From contig OZ237744.1 in the NCBI GenBank assembly GCA_965178125.1, forward strand, positions 434,001-498,000: a stretch of 64,000 bases of DNA, written 5' to 3'. How positions within the stretch are numbered: the first letter of the stretch is position 1; each line of letters begins with the position of its first letter. Both the position numbers and the translations under genes were made by a program. Below the pieces are notes generated by a model that ran no database searches, was not told where the DNA came from, and worked only from the letters and a program-made list of their open reading frames with translations. This document shows positions 37,201 to 49,700 of the stretch, in pieces. Source of the DNA: Bilabrum cf. latius. Lineage: Eukaryota.

Positions 37201-40200
37201 CACCACCACCTGCACCTGCACCTACATCTGCCCCAGCCGCCTCCAGCAGCTTGCCCGCCTCCCCATCAGCCGATGCCAGCATCGCACGAGCTCGAGCCTG
37301 TGCCTCGGCCGACACACGCACTGGCCGGTTCCGCCCTGTCTGGAAGCCCACGCTGCCCCCCGATGAGGCACCGCCAACAGACCCACTACTAGCACCGCCT
37401 GATGCACCTGTACCACCACCTGCACCTGCACCTCCATCTGTCCCAGCCGCCTCCAGCAGCTTGCCCGCCTCCCCATCAGCCGATGCCAGCATCGCACGAG
37501 CTCGAGCCTGTGCCTCGGCCGACACACGCACTGGCCGGTTCCGCCCTGTCTGGAAGCCCACGCTGCCCCCCGATGAGGCACCGCCAACAGACCCACTACT
37601 AGCACCGCCTGATGCACCTGCACCACCACCTGCACCTGCACCTACACCTGCACCTGCACCTCCATCTGCCCCAGCCGCCTCCAGCAGCTTGCCCGCCTCC
37701 CCATCAGCCGATGCCAGCATCGCACGAGCTCGAGCCTGCGCCTCGGCCGACACACGCACTGGCCGGTTCCGCCCTGTCTGGAAGCCCACGCTGCCCCCCG
37801 ATGAGGCACCGCCAGCAGACCCACTTCTAGCACCGCCTGATGCACCTGCACCACCACCTGCACCTGCACCTACATCCCCATCTGCCCCAGCCGCCTCCAG
37901 CAGCTTGCCCGCCTCCCCATCAGCCGATGCCAGCATCGCACGAGCTCGAGCCTGTGCCTCGGCCGACACACGCACTGGCCGGTTCCGCCCTGTCTGGAAG
38001 CCCGCGCTGCCCCCTGATGGGGCACCGCCAACAGACCCACTACTAGCACCGCCTGATGCACCTGCACCACCACCTGCACCTGTACCTGCACCACCACCTG
38101 CACCTCCATCTGCCCCAGCCGCCTTCAGCAGCTTGCCCGCCTCCCCATCAGCCGATGCCAGCATCGCACGAGCTCGAGCCTGCGCCTCGGCCGAATCACG
38201 CACTGGCCGGTTCCGCCCTGTCTGGAAGCCCGCGCTGCCCCCTGATGGGGCACCGCCAGCAGACCCACTACTAGCACCGCCTGATGCACCTGTACCACCA
38301 CTTGCACTTGCACTTGCACCTCCATCTGCCCCAGCCGCCTCCAGCAGCTTGCCCACCTCCCCATCAGCCGATGCCAGCATCGCACGAGCTCGAGCCTGCG
38401 CCTCGGCCGACACACGCACTGGCCGGTTCCGCCCTGTCTGGAAGCCCGCGCTGCCCCCCGATGAGGCACCGCCAGCAGACCCACTACTAGCACCGCCTGA
38501 TGCACCTGCACCTGCACCTGCACCTACATCTGCCCCAGCCGCCTCCAGCAGCTTGCCCGCCTCCCCATCAGCCGATGCCAGCATCGCACGAGCTCGAGCC
38601 TGCGCCTCGGCCGACACACGCACTGGCCGGTTCCGCCCTGTCTGGAAGCCCGCGCTGCCCCCTGATGGGGCACCGCCAACAGACCCACTACTAGCACCGC
38701 CTGATGCACCTGCACCACCACCTGCACCTGCACCTGCACCTGCGCCTGCACCTGCACCTCCATCTGTCCCAGCCGCCTCCAGCAGCTTGCCCGCCTCCCC
38801 ATCAGCCGATGCCAGCATCGCACGAGCTCGAGCCTGTGCCTCAGCCGACACACGCACTGGCCAGTTCCGCCCTGTCTGGAAGCCCACAATGTCATTCGTA
38901 TGCGATGTTTCAGGAGCCTACGTACTAGAATCGACAGCTGATGAGTCGTCTTGAACGGGCTGTGCAGCGCCCGGTGACTGTTGTGAAGCAGATACCGAGC
39001 CACGACTAATCCGATCGAGTCGGGGAGACTTAAATCGCCTACTGTCTGCCCCCGTTCGACGAATGTCCTTGGGAGAGTCCGCGCCAGCGGTATCACTTGC
39101 TGTCTATCTTACCCGCAGTCGCTTCTTCGAACGCCTAGCCTCAGCGAGTCCAGACACAGTTGGCGAGTATGCGAAGGACTATGAGTTCGAGCCAGGGCTG
39201 GGCACAGCTGCCACTGCCGCATCCACGCCTACGTCTATATCGCGCGTCACAGCAGCTGAGCTTGAAGCAGTTGCACCGTTGTCTGTTGTGCTGCCAGCAA
39301 TAGCGCGCTTTGCAGAGCTTTCCTTTCGAGGAGAGTTTTGCGACGGCTACGACGGCTCGCTGCTGTCAGGAGCGCCGTGAGACTCCAAGGATGGCAAAGC
39401 CTGCTGCTGAACAGGTGGCTTATTGGAGGCATCTGCCCTGCTCACAGCCTATGATGGCGTCATTGATTGCTTCTGCACAGTGTTAGTGGCCATGCTATTG
39501 CCAGCATCGGCCTACATACCCGACTCATCGCTTTCTGGGGATGGGAGCACACGTCCCGCTTCACCGATTTTGCCTGAAGCAACCATCCTATCACTCGCGG
39601 AGCGCCCGAGGACACTGTCAGGCTACTATGACCCTTGCCTTGGCGCGGCACCAAACGATGCTTCTTCCTGTGTCTCAGCTTGCATAGATGCAGCTGCATC
39701 ACTGAAAGCTATGCCGCGGGGTGAAAGTACCCCGCCAGACTAGCCCTCTGCGTCAGTGACGGCAGTTCTAGGCACCGCAAGGGGCGCTGCAGCACCGCTC
39801 CTGGCGGTTACCCCCTGCAGCTCAGTGTTCTCGAAGCTGCTCGCATCCGCAGCAGCGGCTGGGGCCGGGCCAGACTGGCTCGTGCCCGAAGCGCCCGACC
39901 CCTAAAGCTACCGCTTGCTACCTTGTGAGGTGGAGTCAGAAGAATCAGGCGATGGATCGGAATTGGCAGAATTCGGTGATGTCCCTTTCTGCTTGCTTCT
40001 TGAGGAAGAGCGCCGGTTTTTCGAGGACTTGCTCGGTGCTCGCTTTGCACCGGGGGACGCGGATCTGCGCCCCCTTTTCGACCTTGAAACGCTAGCTGGC
40101 GCAGATTTCGGTCGTGGGACGCCGCACATCTTGCATTTTCTAGCCCTAGAATTGTTGTTGAAGGTGCACATGCTGCAGTCCCAGCGATCCTGCTCAGCTT

Positions 40201-40381
40201 TCAGACGTCGCATCTTTGCTCGCTCTGCACGCGTCATAGCCTTAGACTGGCTGGATGAGATACTATCAGATGCAATGATATCACCATCCAATGGCTGCAC
40301 ATCGTCTATGTCATTGTGGTCATCTGCTTCCTTACCACTGAAGTACGCTCCCGCAGCACCTGCCCCTTCCAATTTATCCAT
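31265..40381 (-). CDS. BRCA2: BRCA2 homolog (~3,040 aa): N-terminal RanBP2-type zinc finger, 9 BRC repeats, helical domain, OB folds and tower
   Basis: Ten ORF-track fragments all lie in one frame and all end in TAG. SWIAQQFKMTVWKLAAME (helical domain); REFSEGRRSALRRVLEGD..MILAV; LSDGWYSIQARFD; LFANATRRAPWHAKLGF; FPVSLRSLLPEGG; OB3-like IVDIVAVVV and VFLTDES. Terminal TGA at 31265. I did not check every codon for hidden stops or introns. Confidence 0.9.
31461..31505. repeat. (GCACCA)n hexamer microsatellite encoding (GA)n near the BRCA2 C-terminus
   Basis: About 7 perfect units directly visible. Confidence 0.85.
36990..38887 (-). repeat. Tandem array of 9 BRC-repeat units (~204-240 bp each)
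   Basis: Near-identical core GFQTGRNRPVRVSAEAQARARAMLASADGEAGKLLEAAG separated by Gly/Ala/Ser linkers whose length varies through CACCTG hexamers. Confidence 0.95.
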
Positions 40382-40731
40382 AGGAACCTCGAGCCGGTTG
40401 TTCTATCACGGTGTTACAAACACACTCAAATCTTGTGTGGATTTACCGTACGGCCTGTTTCTACTCCTGCGGCACGCCACCTGTGCGAGCAATTCCAAGG
40501 ACACGCCTGACGAGCGGAAGCAGCACCTATCAAAGATGGGCTGGAGAGTACTAACACAATTATCTATCAGCTAAGGCCAAGTATTGAGATCAAACGAAGG
40601 AATTAGGTTCCAGTTGGTGCACTAACATTCAAATTGCCCACGGCGTTCGTAAGGAACCTTGATCGAACCTACTCGGCATCCGACGACGACGAACAGCACA
40701 AGGAGATTCAATGGAATAAGCAATACGAACA

Positions 40732-43062
40732 TCAATCGATAGAGGTGCCGTTGGTATCGATCCCCCTAGCCTCTAGCTCACCCTGCAGTCTCTCCTGCTT
40801 TTCTGCCTCGTCCTGCGTCGCTTTCACTGCCCTCATGTACTTGCGTTGCTGGTCCTGCAGCTCTTGCAATGCCACCTGCTTCATATCGCGCTGCTGCTTG
40901 TGCACGTCAAGCTGCATCTGCTGCTCATTACGGGTGCGCTCCACCGCAGATTGGATGGCCGCGAGCTGCTTCGAGATGGACTCTCGCCCCTTGGCGCTGG
41001 CCATGGCCTTGATGAAGCTGTCGGCCACCGACACCACGATCGATTTCTCCTTGGAGAGATGCTCCAACCTCTGGGACTCCACCTGATGCATGCTAAAATA
41101 CTTCCTGGTTTCATCCGTCTTACTCGCTGAGACGTCGTACAGCTCCTCGAAGCGAGCGCGGTACTGCATCAGCTCAGCCTGTGACGGCACCTCGTCCTTC
41201 AGCAGCGCAATACGCTGCACCTCGCGCGCACGACGGCCCAGCAACGCGCGCATCCTCCTGTGCTTATCCTTGGCCTCTTCAAATGCCGCCTCTGCACGCG
41301 CCAGCCTCGTGCCGTCATCGTCTCCAGCGCCACCCCCGCCCCCGCCCTCTCCTGCAGCCGCGCGCAGAGTGTCAAGCCGGGAGGTAAGGTCATCCCGCTG
41401 CCTCTTGCAGTTGGCCTTGAAGGCCCTTTCTTGCTCGAGCATGGTGGCGTGTACCGCCAGCGCCTTCCGGAGGGCCATCCACTCGTCATACTTTCCTTGT
41501 TCCCTGGCTGATGCCTCTAGCTTGGCCAGCTCCTTGTCGAATCGGCCCAGGTGCGCCCTGGACTTGCGGAGGCCCTGTTCCACAGCGCCCAGCTCTTCTA
41601 GCACGCCGGCCAATTCCTCCAACGCCGCCTGCATCTCCACCTCAGCCACCTGCAGCTCACGACGGGCGCGGGCTAGCTTCCTCTTGTGGGCCTGTGCCCT
41701 GCCCAATCGCGAGTTGGCCAGCATGGCCCCGCTCTCCGCCTCCGCCTGCTGCGCCGCCCTTCTCCTCTCATACTCTGCCGCGGCCTGCGACATCGCCCCG
41801 CTCTGTTCCCCCAGCAGCGCACCCACATCTACGTCTTCATCGTCGCCGTGGCCGTGCGCGCCACCGCTCCCGCCAACCCCGGCCTTTCCCCCCGCTGCTC
41901 CCGCACCTCCTTTGGCGCTGGTCATGAGTCCCAGCATCCTAGACTCCGCCTCCCTCGCTGCCTTGCTCTTCTTGCCCCCCTTGCCCTTGCCCTTGCGGGT
42001 GCTCTTCCCGCCTGCCTCCTCGTCCTCATCGTCGCTGCCATCCCCGCCCGCTGCGCCCCCCCCACCGCCCCCTCCTTTACCCTTCAGCGATGTCCCCGCC
42101 GCCAGCCGCTCCCCGTACTCGAGCAAAGCCGCTTGCACCCTGCCTTGGCGGTCCAGTGATGGGTCGCTCCAGAGCTCCGCGGTCCTTCGCATCCTACGGG
42201 CTGGCTTGTATCGGTTCAGAATGTGCCTGACAAACTATGTCGATGCAGCTTGCTTCCTAACGACTTCGGCCGACGCTTGCTGCGACTCCTCTCTGGACAT
42301 GGTCGGGGCCGGCCCCGTGTCGCCCTTGCGCGCCGCTTTTGCAGCCCTGCTTGCCGCCACGAGGTGAGGCCTTGCATGCTCAAAGGCTTCGCCGAGATTC
42401 TCTTCGAACGTCATCATGGCAGCCCGGCGAACGTCGTCGCCCGTGGCGCGCCGGTTGTCGAGGACTTGGCGCACGAGCCACTGCACGACGGGGAAAATCT
42501 TGTTGTAGTCGCCACCCTGAATTTGGTTGGCCTGCAGTGGGGCCGGGCAGCCCATTTCACGCAGAGCTTTGACTATCTGCTCTCCGACAGCACTGCGTTA
42601 AAGGACGGAGTGGATGTAGACAATGCAAATGCGTCCAGGAGCTCCAATGACTTGGTGAGCGGACTCGCGACAAGTATAGCTCACATTTTCTGACCCAGCT
42701 TGAAGCTGTCATCGTATAGAATATCAACTTCAAGGTCAGCTCCAGACGAGGCGATTCCCCATGCGAGACCCCCCACGACCTGCGTCCGCCTCAGGAAGAT
42801 CGGCAGCAGTTGCACATGGTGAACGTACCGAAGAAAGGACTGACAGGCCTGTTGGGCGAAATAATATACTCACCTTATCGAACGGGTCAACTTTAGGAAG
42901 CCTTGCACGGAAGTACCCAGCGCTAAGTAGCAGCGAAACGCAAGCCTCCAGCTTTTCCTGTTGCAACTTCTTTTCGTCTGATGAAGTGGCGTCTTGATCG
43001 CCTGCCTGCATTTCAGACGGTGCAATATGATCATCTGGTTCTGAATCTGAATCGAAGTCCAT
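40732..43062 (-). CDS. CCDC93: CCDC93 (CCC/Commander complex coiled-coil protein), 3 exons
   Basis: LLLSAGYFRARLPKVDPFDK|VVGGLAWGI; CPAPLQANQIQGGDYNKIFPVVQWLV; DEVPSQAELMQYRARFEELY..ETRKYF. Introns at about 42782-42873 and 42594-42657. TAG at 42235; ends TGA. Confidence 0.9.
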
Positions 43063-43777
43063 GCTGATGAAGCCAAAACCAGTACAATCTCGCCGGGATC
43101 GCTGAAATCATTTGTACCGTGCTATTTGATTAAATAAGACCAACATGAGCACCACCTGAACACTCTTGAAGCTTGACAGGTGTGAGATATTTCAAGATTG
43201 TGGAGGTTCGACCAACTTTTAGATGTGCTTTGCTATGTGAATCTGCACTGGCTGCAGCAAGTTGTTTTGCTTGAGTGCTGGTGGCGACTGTTGTGTGCCT
43301 TGGCGCTGCCACCTACTTGTGATACTGGACGCTCGAAGCTGAATGAAGAAAAAACACTGCGTTCTTTCCGATCGCGCTATCGTTTATTCGACTGCTGCTG
43401 ACATGAGAGACTCATGAATTCTGCAATCCCGACAGCTTCCGTCCGTGTGTTTTTGTGTTGGCCCTGCCCCAAGTACAAACGTGTTTCCCTCGCCTGGTAC
43501 AAACGGGCGCTTGGAGTCAAACCTTGGGCATAGTATGTGTGTATCGTGTGGAGTGTGGCGCCTCGCGGCGACTGCTCCACCCTGCATGCAAGCGAATTGC
43601 CCGTGCACCTGCACCCTGACCTGTGGGCTGCTGAGGGCCTTGGCCTCGTGCCATGAATGCGCACATTCTTCTTGCCCTTTAATGTTTATCAAATTTTGCA
43701 GGTTTATCACATCTAGGTGTTCTAATAACACCCCACATGTATTTATCTGGCAGAATCCGCCACAAGCACGACTGGTT

Positions 43778-46700
43778 TTATCGAAGCCACAGTTGCTCAT
43801 CATCCGCCTGAGAGGAACCGCCAGCTATCCGAGGGTCATAAAGACTTATCGCTGGTCTCTTGCGTCTACTTTCGTCCTGCCCCACCGGTGCCTTCCTGGC
43901 ACTTTGGCTGCCGGGTCGAGCACCGTGACCGAGCTACCGCAGCTGCCTGCTCCTCGTCTCGGCGGCCTGAGCCGCGCGGGCCTCCAGCAGCCCCAGCCTT
44001 GCGCGAGATGCGCCTGCACCGCCCAGCACCCGTGATCCAGCCCCAAGCAGCTTGCCGCTGCTTCTGGTGGAGCCAATGGCCCCGCCTGTCCTTGGTGGTC
44101 GGCGCGGAGACACGCCTGCACCGCCCCATGCCTTCCTGTCCGCAGCGCGCCGCACCGCGCTCGCTGCCAGCAGCCGAGGAGAGACGAGAGCATCGAGGGT
44201 GTCAGTACCACCGCTGGGTGCCACTGGCACGACCCCACTTCTGCGCGGGGCGGTCACTAGGCTGGCCTTGTTTCTTGCAGTCAATCGTTTGCGGTCGCTA
44301 CCAGCTTTAGCATGGCCAAAGCCCCGGCGATTCTTGATTCTGTGCCTGTCGGAGCCTTGCATGCCCTTCTCAAGCCCACTTCCAGAACCATGCTATGGAG
44401 CATGGTCATCACCCAGCCCTAGGTCCTTTTCAATGGCAAGATCCTCCCGCGCGCGAGCATGCATGGCTTCGACTGAGTGATGCAGCCCAACCGCCGATGC
44501 CTTTGCTAGCGCCCTGGCACCGTCTGCCAGAACATCGTGGGTGCCATGCGCCGTGCGAACACCCTTCAGTACCTGCACGGTGTTCTTAGACAGCTGCCCA
44601 AAGGCACCGTACAGCGGTTTGTCATCCAGTTTGCGGGCCTCCTCTTCCTGCTGCTGTTTCCTTCTCAGATGGCGGTGAGACACACTGGGGTTGACCGGCC
44701 GGGTGTCCGCAAGATCGCTTGGACTCGTTTTCGACGGACGCACAGGATCAAATAAAGAGTCTCGTGCGGCCCTTCTACCAAATGCAGGACGCGCGCTGCC
44801 TGCAGCTACTGCACCCTTGGAGCGACTCTAGCCCGACCTTGCCACCTTCTTGCCGGCACCGCCCTACTGCGCGGGGTGCTGCGGCCGACCTGCCCCGAAC
44901 GCCTCGTCCTTCAGACCTCGTGGGGCCTTCAACCTGCGGCCATTTGAGTCGTACGTGGCTGCCTCTCGACCGGATGGCGACGGATCGCACGATAGCTGCC
45001 AAGCCCTCGGCTGCTTACGTGCTAGCGTTTGCATCTGCGCAAGCATGGCCTTGCTGTGCGATCGTCGAACGGATGCTTCTGGAAGCAAATCTTGCCGCAT
45101 TTCCACGGGGCGGAAACCCTCCGGATGGATGCTCCTAGCGGATGACAGGCCGTGCATGATCGAAAAGCTGCTTCCTCCGAAGCCGAGGCTTGCGCTGGTC
45201 CCTCGCAGCGGCGACTCGGGAATAGCTGCCCCAGATGGAAGCCCCTGCACATTGAATGGTGGTAGCCCGCGGTTCTGCACCAATGACTCGGAACTATAGC
45301 TGGACTGCAGCCGTGCGAGGCTCTCGGCACCTGCCAAAGCCGCAGCTCCTCCATCCGTCCTTGGGCTGCTGTCCTGCGAATGCCTTTCCCAGTGCGCTTG
45401 CTGCGCAGCGGCCGCCAGAGAGACCTGAGCAAACGGCCTTGACTTCCGAAGCATGGCCTTGGCCGCGGCTCGGCTGTTCCTAGGTGAGCGAGATGCTGGC
45501 AGGTTTGGGGAAGTCGCCTGAGAGATGGACACCCCCCCGGCAGGTAACCCTCCTGAGAGCACTTGGTCTTCGGGCACCCGCGACAGAGCCGTCTGCATCA
45601 GTGAGATGCCTGAAGCTGCCCCGCGACCGGATTTCGGCGTATTGAAGCTGGATGAATGTGCAAGAGAGTGCACCGACCTTACCCTGCGCATGTTGAGCTT
45701 GGGCACCTTGGGCCTGTCCGTCTTGCGGCCCTGGCCCGGGCTGTTTGCGATGTGCTTGAGCCGCTCGATTCGAGCGAGGCATGCACCAACCGAGTCTGCA
45801 TCGAGATCGGCAAATGGAAGGGCCTGCATCGATTGGCTGGCCTGCTTATTGCCTCCAGCAAAGTTTCTGCTGGGGCTGCTGCCCAACCTCTGCTCGCTTC
45901 TGTGGGCGCCCACGAAGCGGCGAGCTAGGCCAGTCCGGGCGTCAATCGTCTTGAGCTTCCTACGCCTGTCCGCGTTGGCCTTGGCCGTAGCATTGAAGCG
46001 TTTTTCGAACTTTTTGTACTTTGATTTAAGCGAATCGAGAGCATGGTCCATTTGCCCAACTGCCCACTTGCTGGCCTGCCTCGCGGTCTGCACCTATGCA
46101 ATGACGTTCTCTTCGACCATCCTCGCCTCTGCTACTTTCGATTCGAAGAGCCCGACGGGGAGGTCTTCTTCGACGTCTGGCAGCACGTCTATGCGCCGAA
46201 GCCCATTGCTCGCCTGGCCGAGTTTGCGGGCTGCTTTGCCTTGCTGCCCGTGAAAGGAGCCCGAGTTGGTGGATGGCGGGGTCTTCAGGATTCTCGATAT
46301 GCTCCGGCTGTCATCATCACCAAACCCCAGTGTGTCGGCAGTCATGTCTGCCGCGCCAAATCCGTCCCCGTCCTCGTTTTGCTTCATGAGCTGCCGCAGA
46401 GAAGGCAGCGTGTGCTCTGTGTTCCCATCGAACAGTGAATCTTTCGACACGATGCCCGCCTCATCGCCGAACAGGGACCGGCTTGAGTCCTTGCCCCGTC
46501 CGATCTGTCCCAAAAATTGAGGTACTTTCGAACCGTTGCTGAAACCTGCCACTGAGCCGGGCTTCTGCGCCGACACTCCACTCAACAGAGAACGCGAGGA
46601 GCCCTGCTTCGCCGCAGAGCGTTTCGAAGCAAACATGGAGGCCATTGCCCGCAATGGACTGGCTCTGCTTCCGGCATCAGGTGGGTCTGAGACTTCTGCG

Positions 46701-49700
46701 GACCTAGGAGGTGATAACTTCAGCGGCGGGGCAGGCGGCACCTTAGTCCCGGCGAATGAGGTCAAGTTGGGCGACAGCGGAATCTCGGGGGCTAGTGCGG
46801 TGGGAGGTGACGCAACACCTCGCCTTTGTGGGGGCGACGGCAGCGTGGAGGCAGCTCCTGGGGGGTTGCTTGGAGCATGCATGCCCGCGCTGGCAGCAGC
46901 ATTAAGGCTTGATGAAGCAGGCAACTGCTCTCCGTTGTCACCCTGCTCACCCCCTTGCGACGAGCTGATAGCCACCGCCTGCATTACCGCGCTCAAACTC
47001 CTGCTCGAGTTGCCCATGCCGTTCCATCGCGCGGACGGAGAGCCAATCCTGTGAGTGGGCGAGGACTTGCCGTCCAGAGTCGCAGAGCTGTGGCCGCGCG
47101 GGCGGGTGAGCATGGCGCCAGCAGGTATTCCTGGCGATGCAGGTGCTGGGGACCCTGCCAAGGCACCCAGCTCCGGGCTGACAAACGCGACTCGGATGTG
47201 GGAGTCAGAGCCGCTGTTGACCGTAGAAGCAGCAGATCTGCTCGGCGGTGGGGCGCGCCTGCTTTCTCGCTACCTTTCCGCGGCCGCCGTCTTGCGAGCA
47301 TCCTTGCTCTGCATGGCTAGCCCGAATATACCGGTTCGACCAAGCACGCGAGACAGAGCAGCCAGCGCCTCATCGTCCTTGCACACGCCCTCCACAAACT
47401 CTGCCTCATCGACGGTCCCGCTCTTGTCCTTGTCGAGCACGTCGAGGACACGAACGGCCTCATACCTGTCCACGTCCTGCTTCGACTGTGCGAATAGAAG
47501 CATCCGGTACATTTCTTGCTGGTCTAGTTCGCCTGATGAATCCGTATCGAACAGGCTGAACAGAAATCGTGCACGTTCCTCCGCTGTGCCTCGAGTCGCT
47601 TGCTGGAAGCCACCGAACACTTCGCGGATGGTCACCCGCTTGTTTCCATCGAGGTCAAAGAGACGGTACAGCCTACGAATCAACGGAGCTGCATCCCTTG
47701 GCGCGCCAAATACGTCTGTGAGGAGCTGTCGGAACTGAGACGGGGAGACTATTCTCTCCAGAAGACCCAGATGGGACGACTCGCGGTGGGCTAGTCTGGC
47801 AAACCCGCTCTGCGGGGCAGTGCTCTCTACAGGATCGTCCGAATACTTCATGACGATGAGACCGAGCGTCCTCAGATCGAATCGAGGGGAACCTGCCGGG
47901 ATGTATGTCCCCGATGCATCTCTCTCAGAGTAGTCGTCTGCGAGCACCTCGATGAGCAGAGGTTCCCTGCGCAAGGCATTGACAAACTCTGCCCGGGTTA
48001 CAACCCCGTCCCCATCTGCGTCTAGCATGAGCACGAGATTGCGAATGAAAGTCTCCACCTGAGCCTCGGTTGCGTCATCTTGGTCAAACACCGCAGCAGC
48101 GGCAGGCGCATCCCGCATGGCAGCGCGGCGCCGCTTGATGCTCTCATCCACCAGATCGATGCGGGGCGTGTTTTCTGCCGCGGAGGTACCCTCTGCGGCC
48201 TTGCGGTGACTAGACCGTGCAATTGCTAGGGCCATTGTCGACGAAACGATGCTGTTCCTCCGAGGCTGTGCTGCTGTGGCATTCGTACCTGACTTTCTGC
48301 GTCCTAGCAATCCTCGGACAAGATCCTGAATCGGCAGCTGCCCGCTGTTCTTTTCGTCCCACAGATCGAAAATGAGTGTCAGTCGTGCTGCTGTGGCATC
48401 CGGTGCTACCTTTGCGAGACCGATACATACTTCGAGGATGTCAACAAGTCCCTCTTCTGCAGTGTCGAACCCTCTATACACAGACTCGGCGAGGCGCACG
48501 AGCTCCTCGCTGGTGGGGGGCGGGGGAATGGCATCAATGCTCTTTGGCGGCTTTGAATCTATACCCGTAATATCCATAAATGTCGCTCTCTCCCGTTTTG
48601 CCCGCTCTCGTTGCTCCTTCAAGAAATCGTCCAAGTTGGGAGGCATTAGATCCTCCATTGACGTGGCCTTGGACACGCTGGAGCGGCGACTCAACAAGTA
48701 TGCGCCGGCTGCCGATCGTGACGTGAAGGCATACAACTCTACAACACCGCCCCCGCGGGCGCCTTCCGAAGATTTTCTGTCCTGATCGAGCGGCTTCAGC
48801 TTTGACATCTGCGCACTGCCGTCGGCTGGTTCCGAATCGCTAGTAACACCATGTCGGCCAGCCTCGGCGCTGGTGCTGCCGCGGCGCATGCTCAGCCGCT
48901 TCATCTTGAGCTTGTCTCTGCTTTGCTGCTGCATTTCCTCGCCTATCTTCTCGTAACGGGCTTGCAGTGAGATTGATATGACTAGAGCAAGGGCAGAATG
49001 CCACTCCCACCTAGACACGAGGGCGCCATCGGCTGACGCCTGCACGAGCTCTTGCCGAAGCCGCTTCACGTCCTCGCAGCGAAATGAGGCACCCAGCGCC
49101 AGTTTCCTGAGCGCTCGCATAGTTTCGTCCCGGCGACAAATTCTGTCCATCTATCTAGCCCTTGCCGCCTCAGATTTCCGCTGCCCGCGCCTCGCGATTC
49201 TGGAAGACTGTGCAGAGCCGTGACTGCCTGCGTGGGATCGAGTCGATCCACCGCCTACAGATGACGCGTCATCGATGCCGGTAAACAAGTGCGTCTCGCC
49301 GCCGTGATTGCCTCGGATGCTTCGACTAGGAGATGCCACACTACCTGAGAGTGCGCTGCCTGCCTCTGACTAGTCCTCCCACTGGTTGTGCTGCGAGGCA
49401 TGGCGCGCCAGCATTGCACCCTGCCGGAGCGTGCTTGATGAGGCCCTGGTACCAGACTCGTGGCCCATCCGAGACCCTGGACGCCGCACGCTCTCAAGGT
49501 GGGTGACGGGCCCAGCACCTGCAGCTACGTTGGCAGCATGTCTTGATCCCCCAAAGACGTCTCTCGCTTGCTTGGCGAGTGCTGCGATGGATGGGTCAGA
49601 GAACAGGATGGATCGGCGCCTCCGAAACGAGCCCACTGGACCGAGCTAGTTTCCACACACCTGCAGCAATGCACGCGGAAGAGGATGCGTAACTATCCAC

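Noticed and set aside
36747-38954. 735-aa plus-strand Pro/Ala-rich ORF and the His-rich short ORFs; also a CRISPR-like look of repeats plus spacers
   Set aside because: These are antisense and alternate-frame shadows of the BRCA2 BRC array. Units are over 200 bp, coding, and the linkers are related microsatellites rather than unique spacers.
41090-42367. Long antisense ORFs (also 54971-56158, 50418-51539, 31944-33122, 27060-27902)
   Set aside because: These are stop-poor shadows typical of GC-rich coding DNA opposite recognised genes.
43130-43803. Cys-rich short ORFs between CCDC93 and the EF-hand gene
   Set aside because: No recognisable motif or codon bias. The region is more AT-rich and is likely UTR or promoter sequence.
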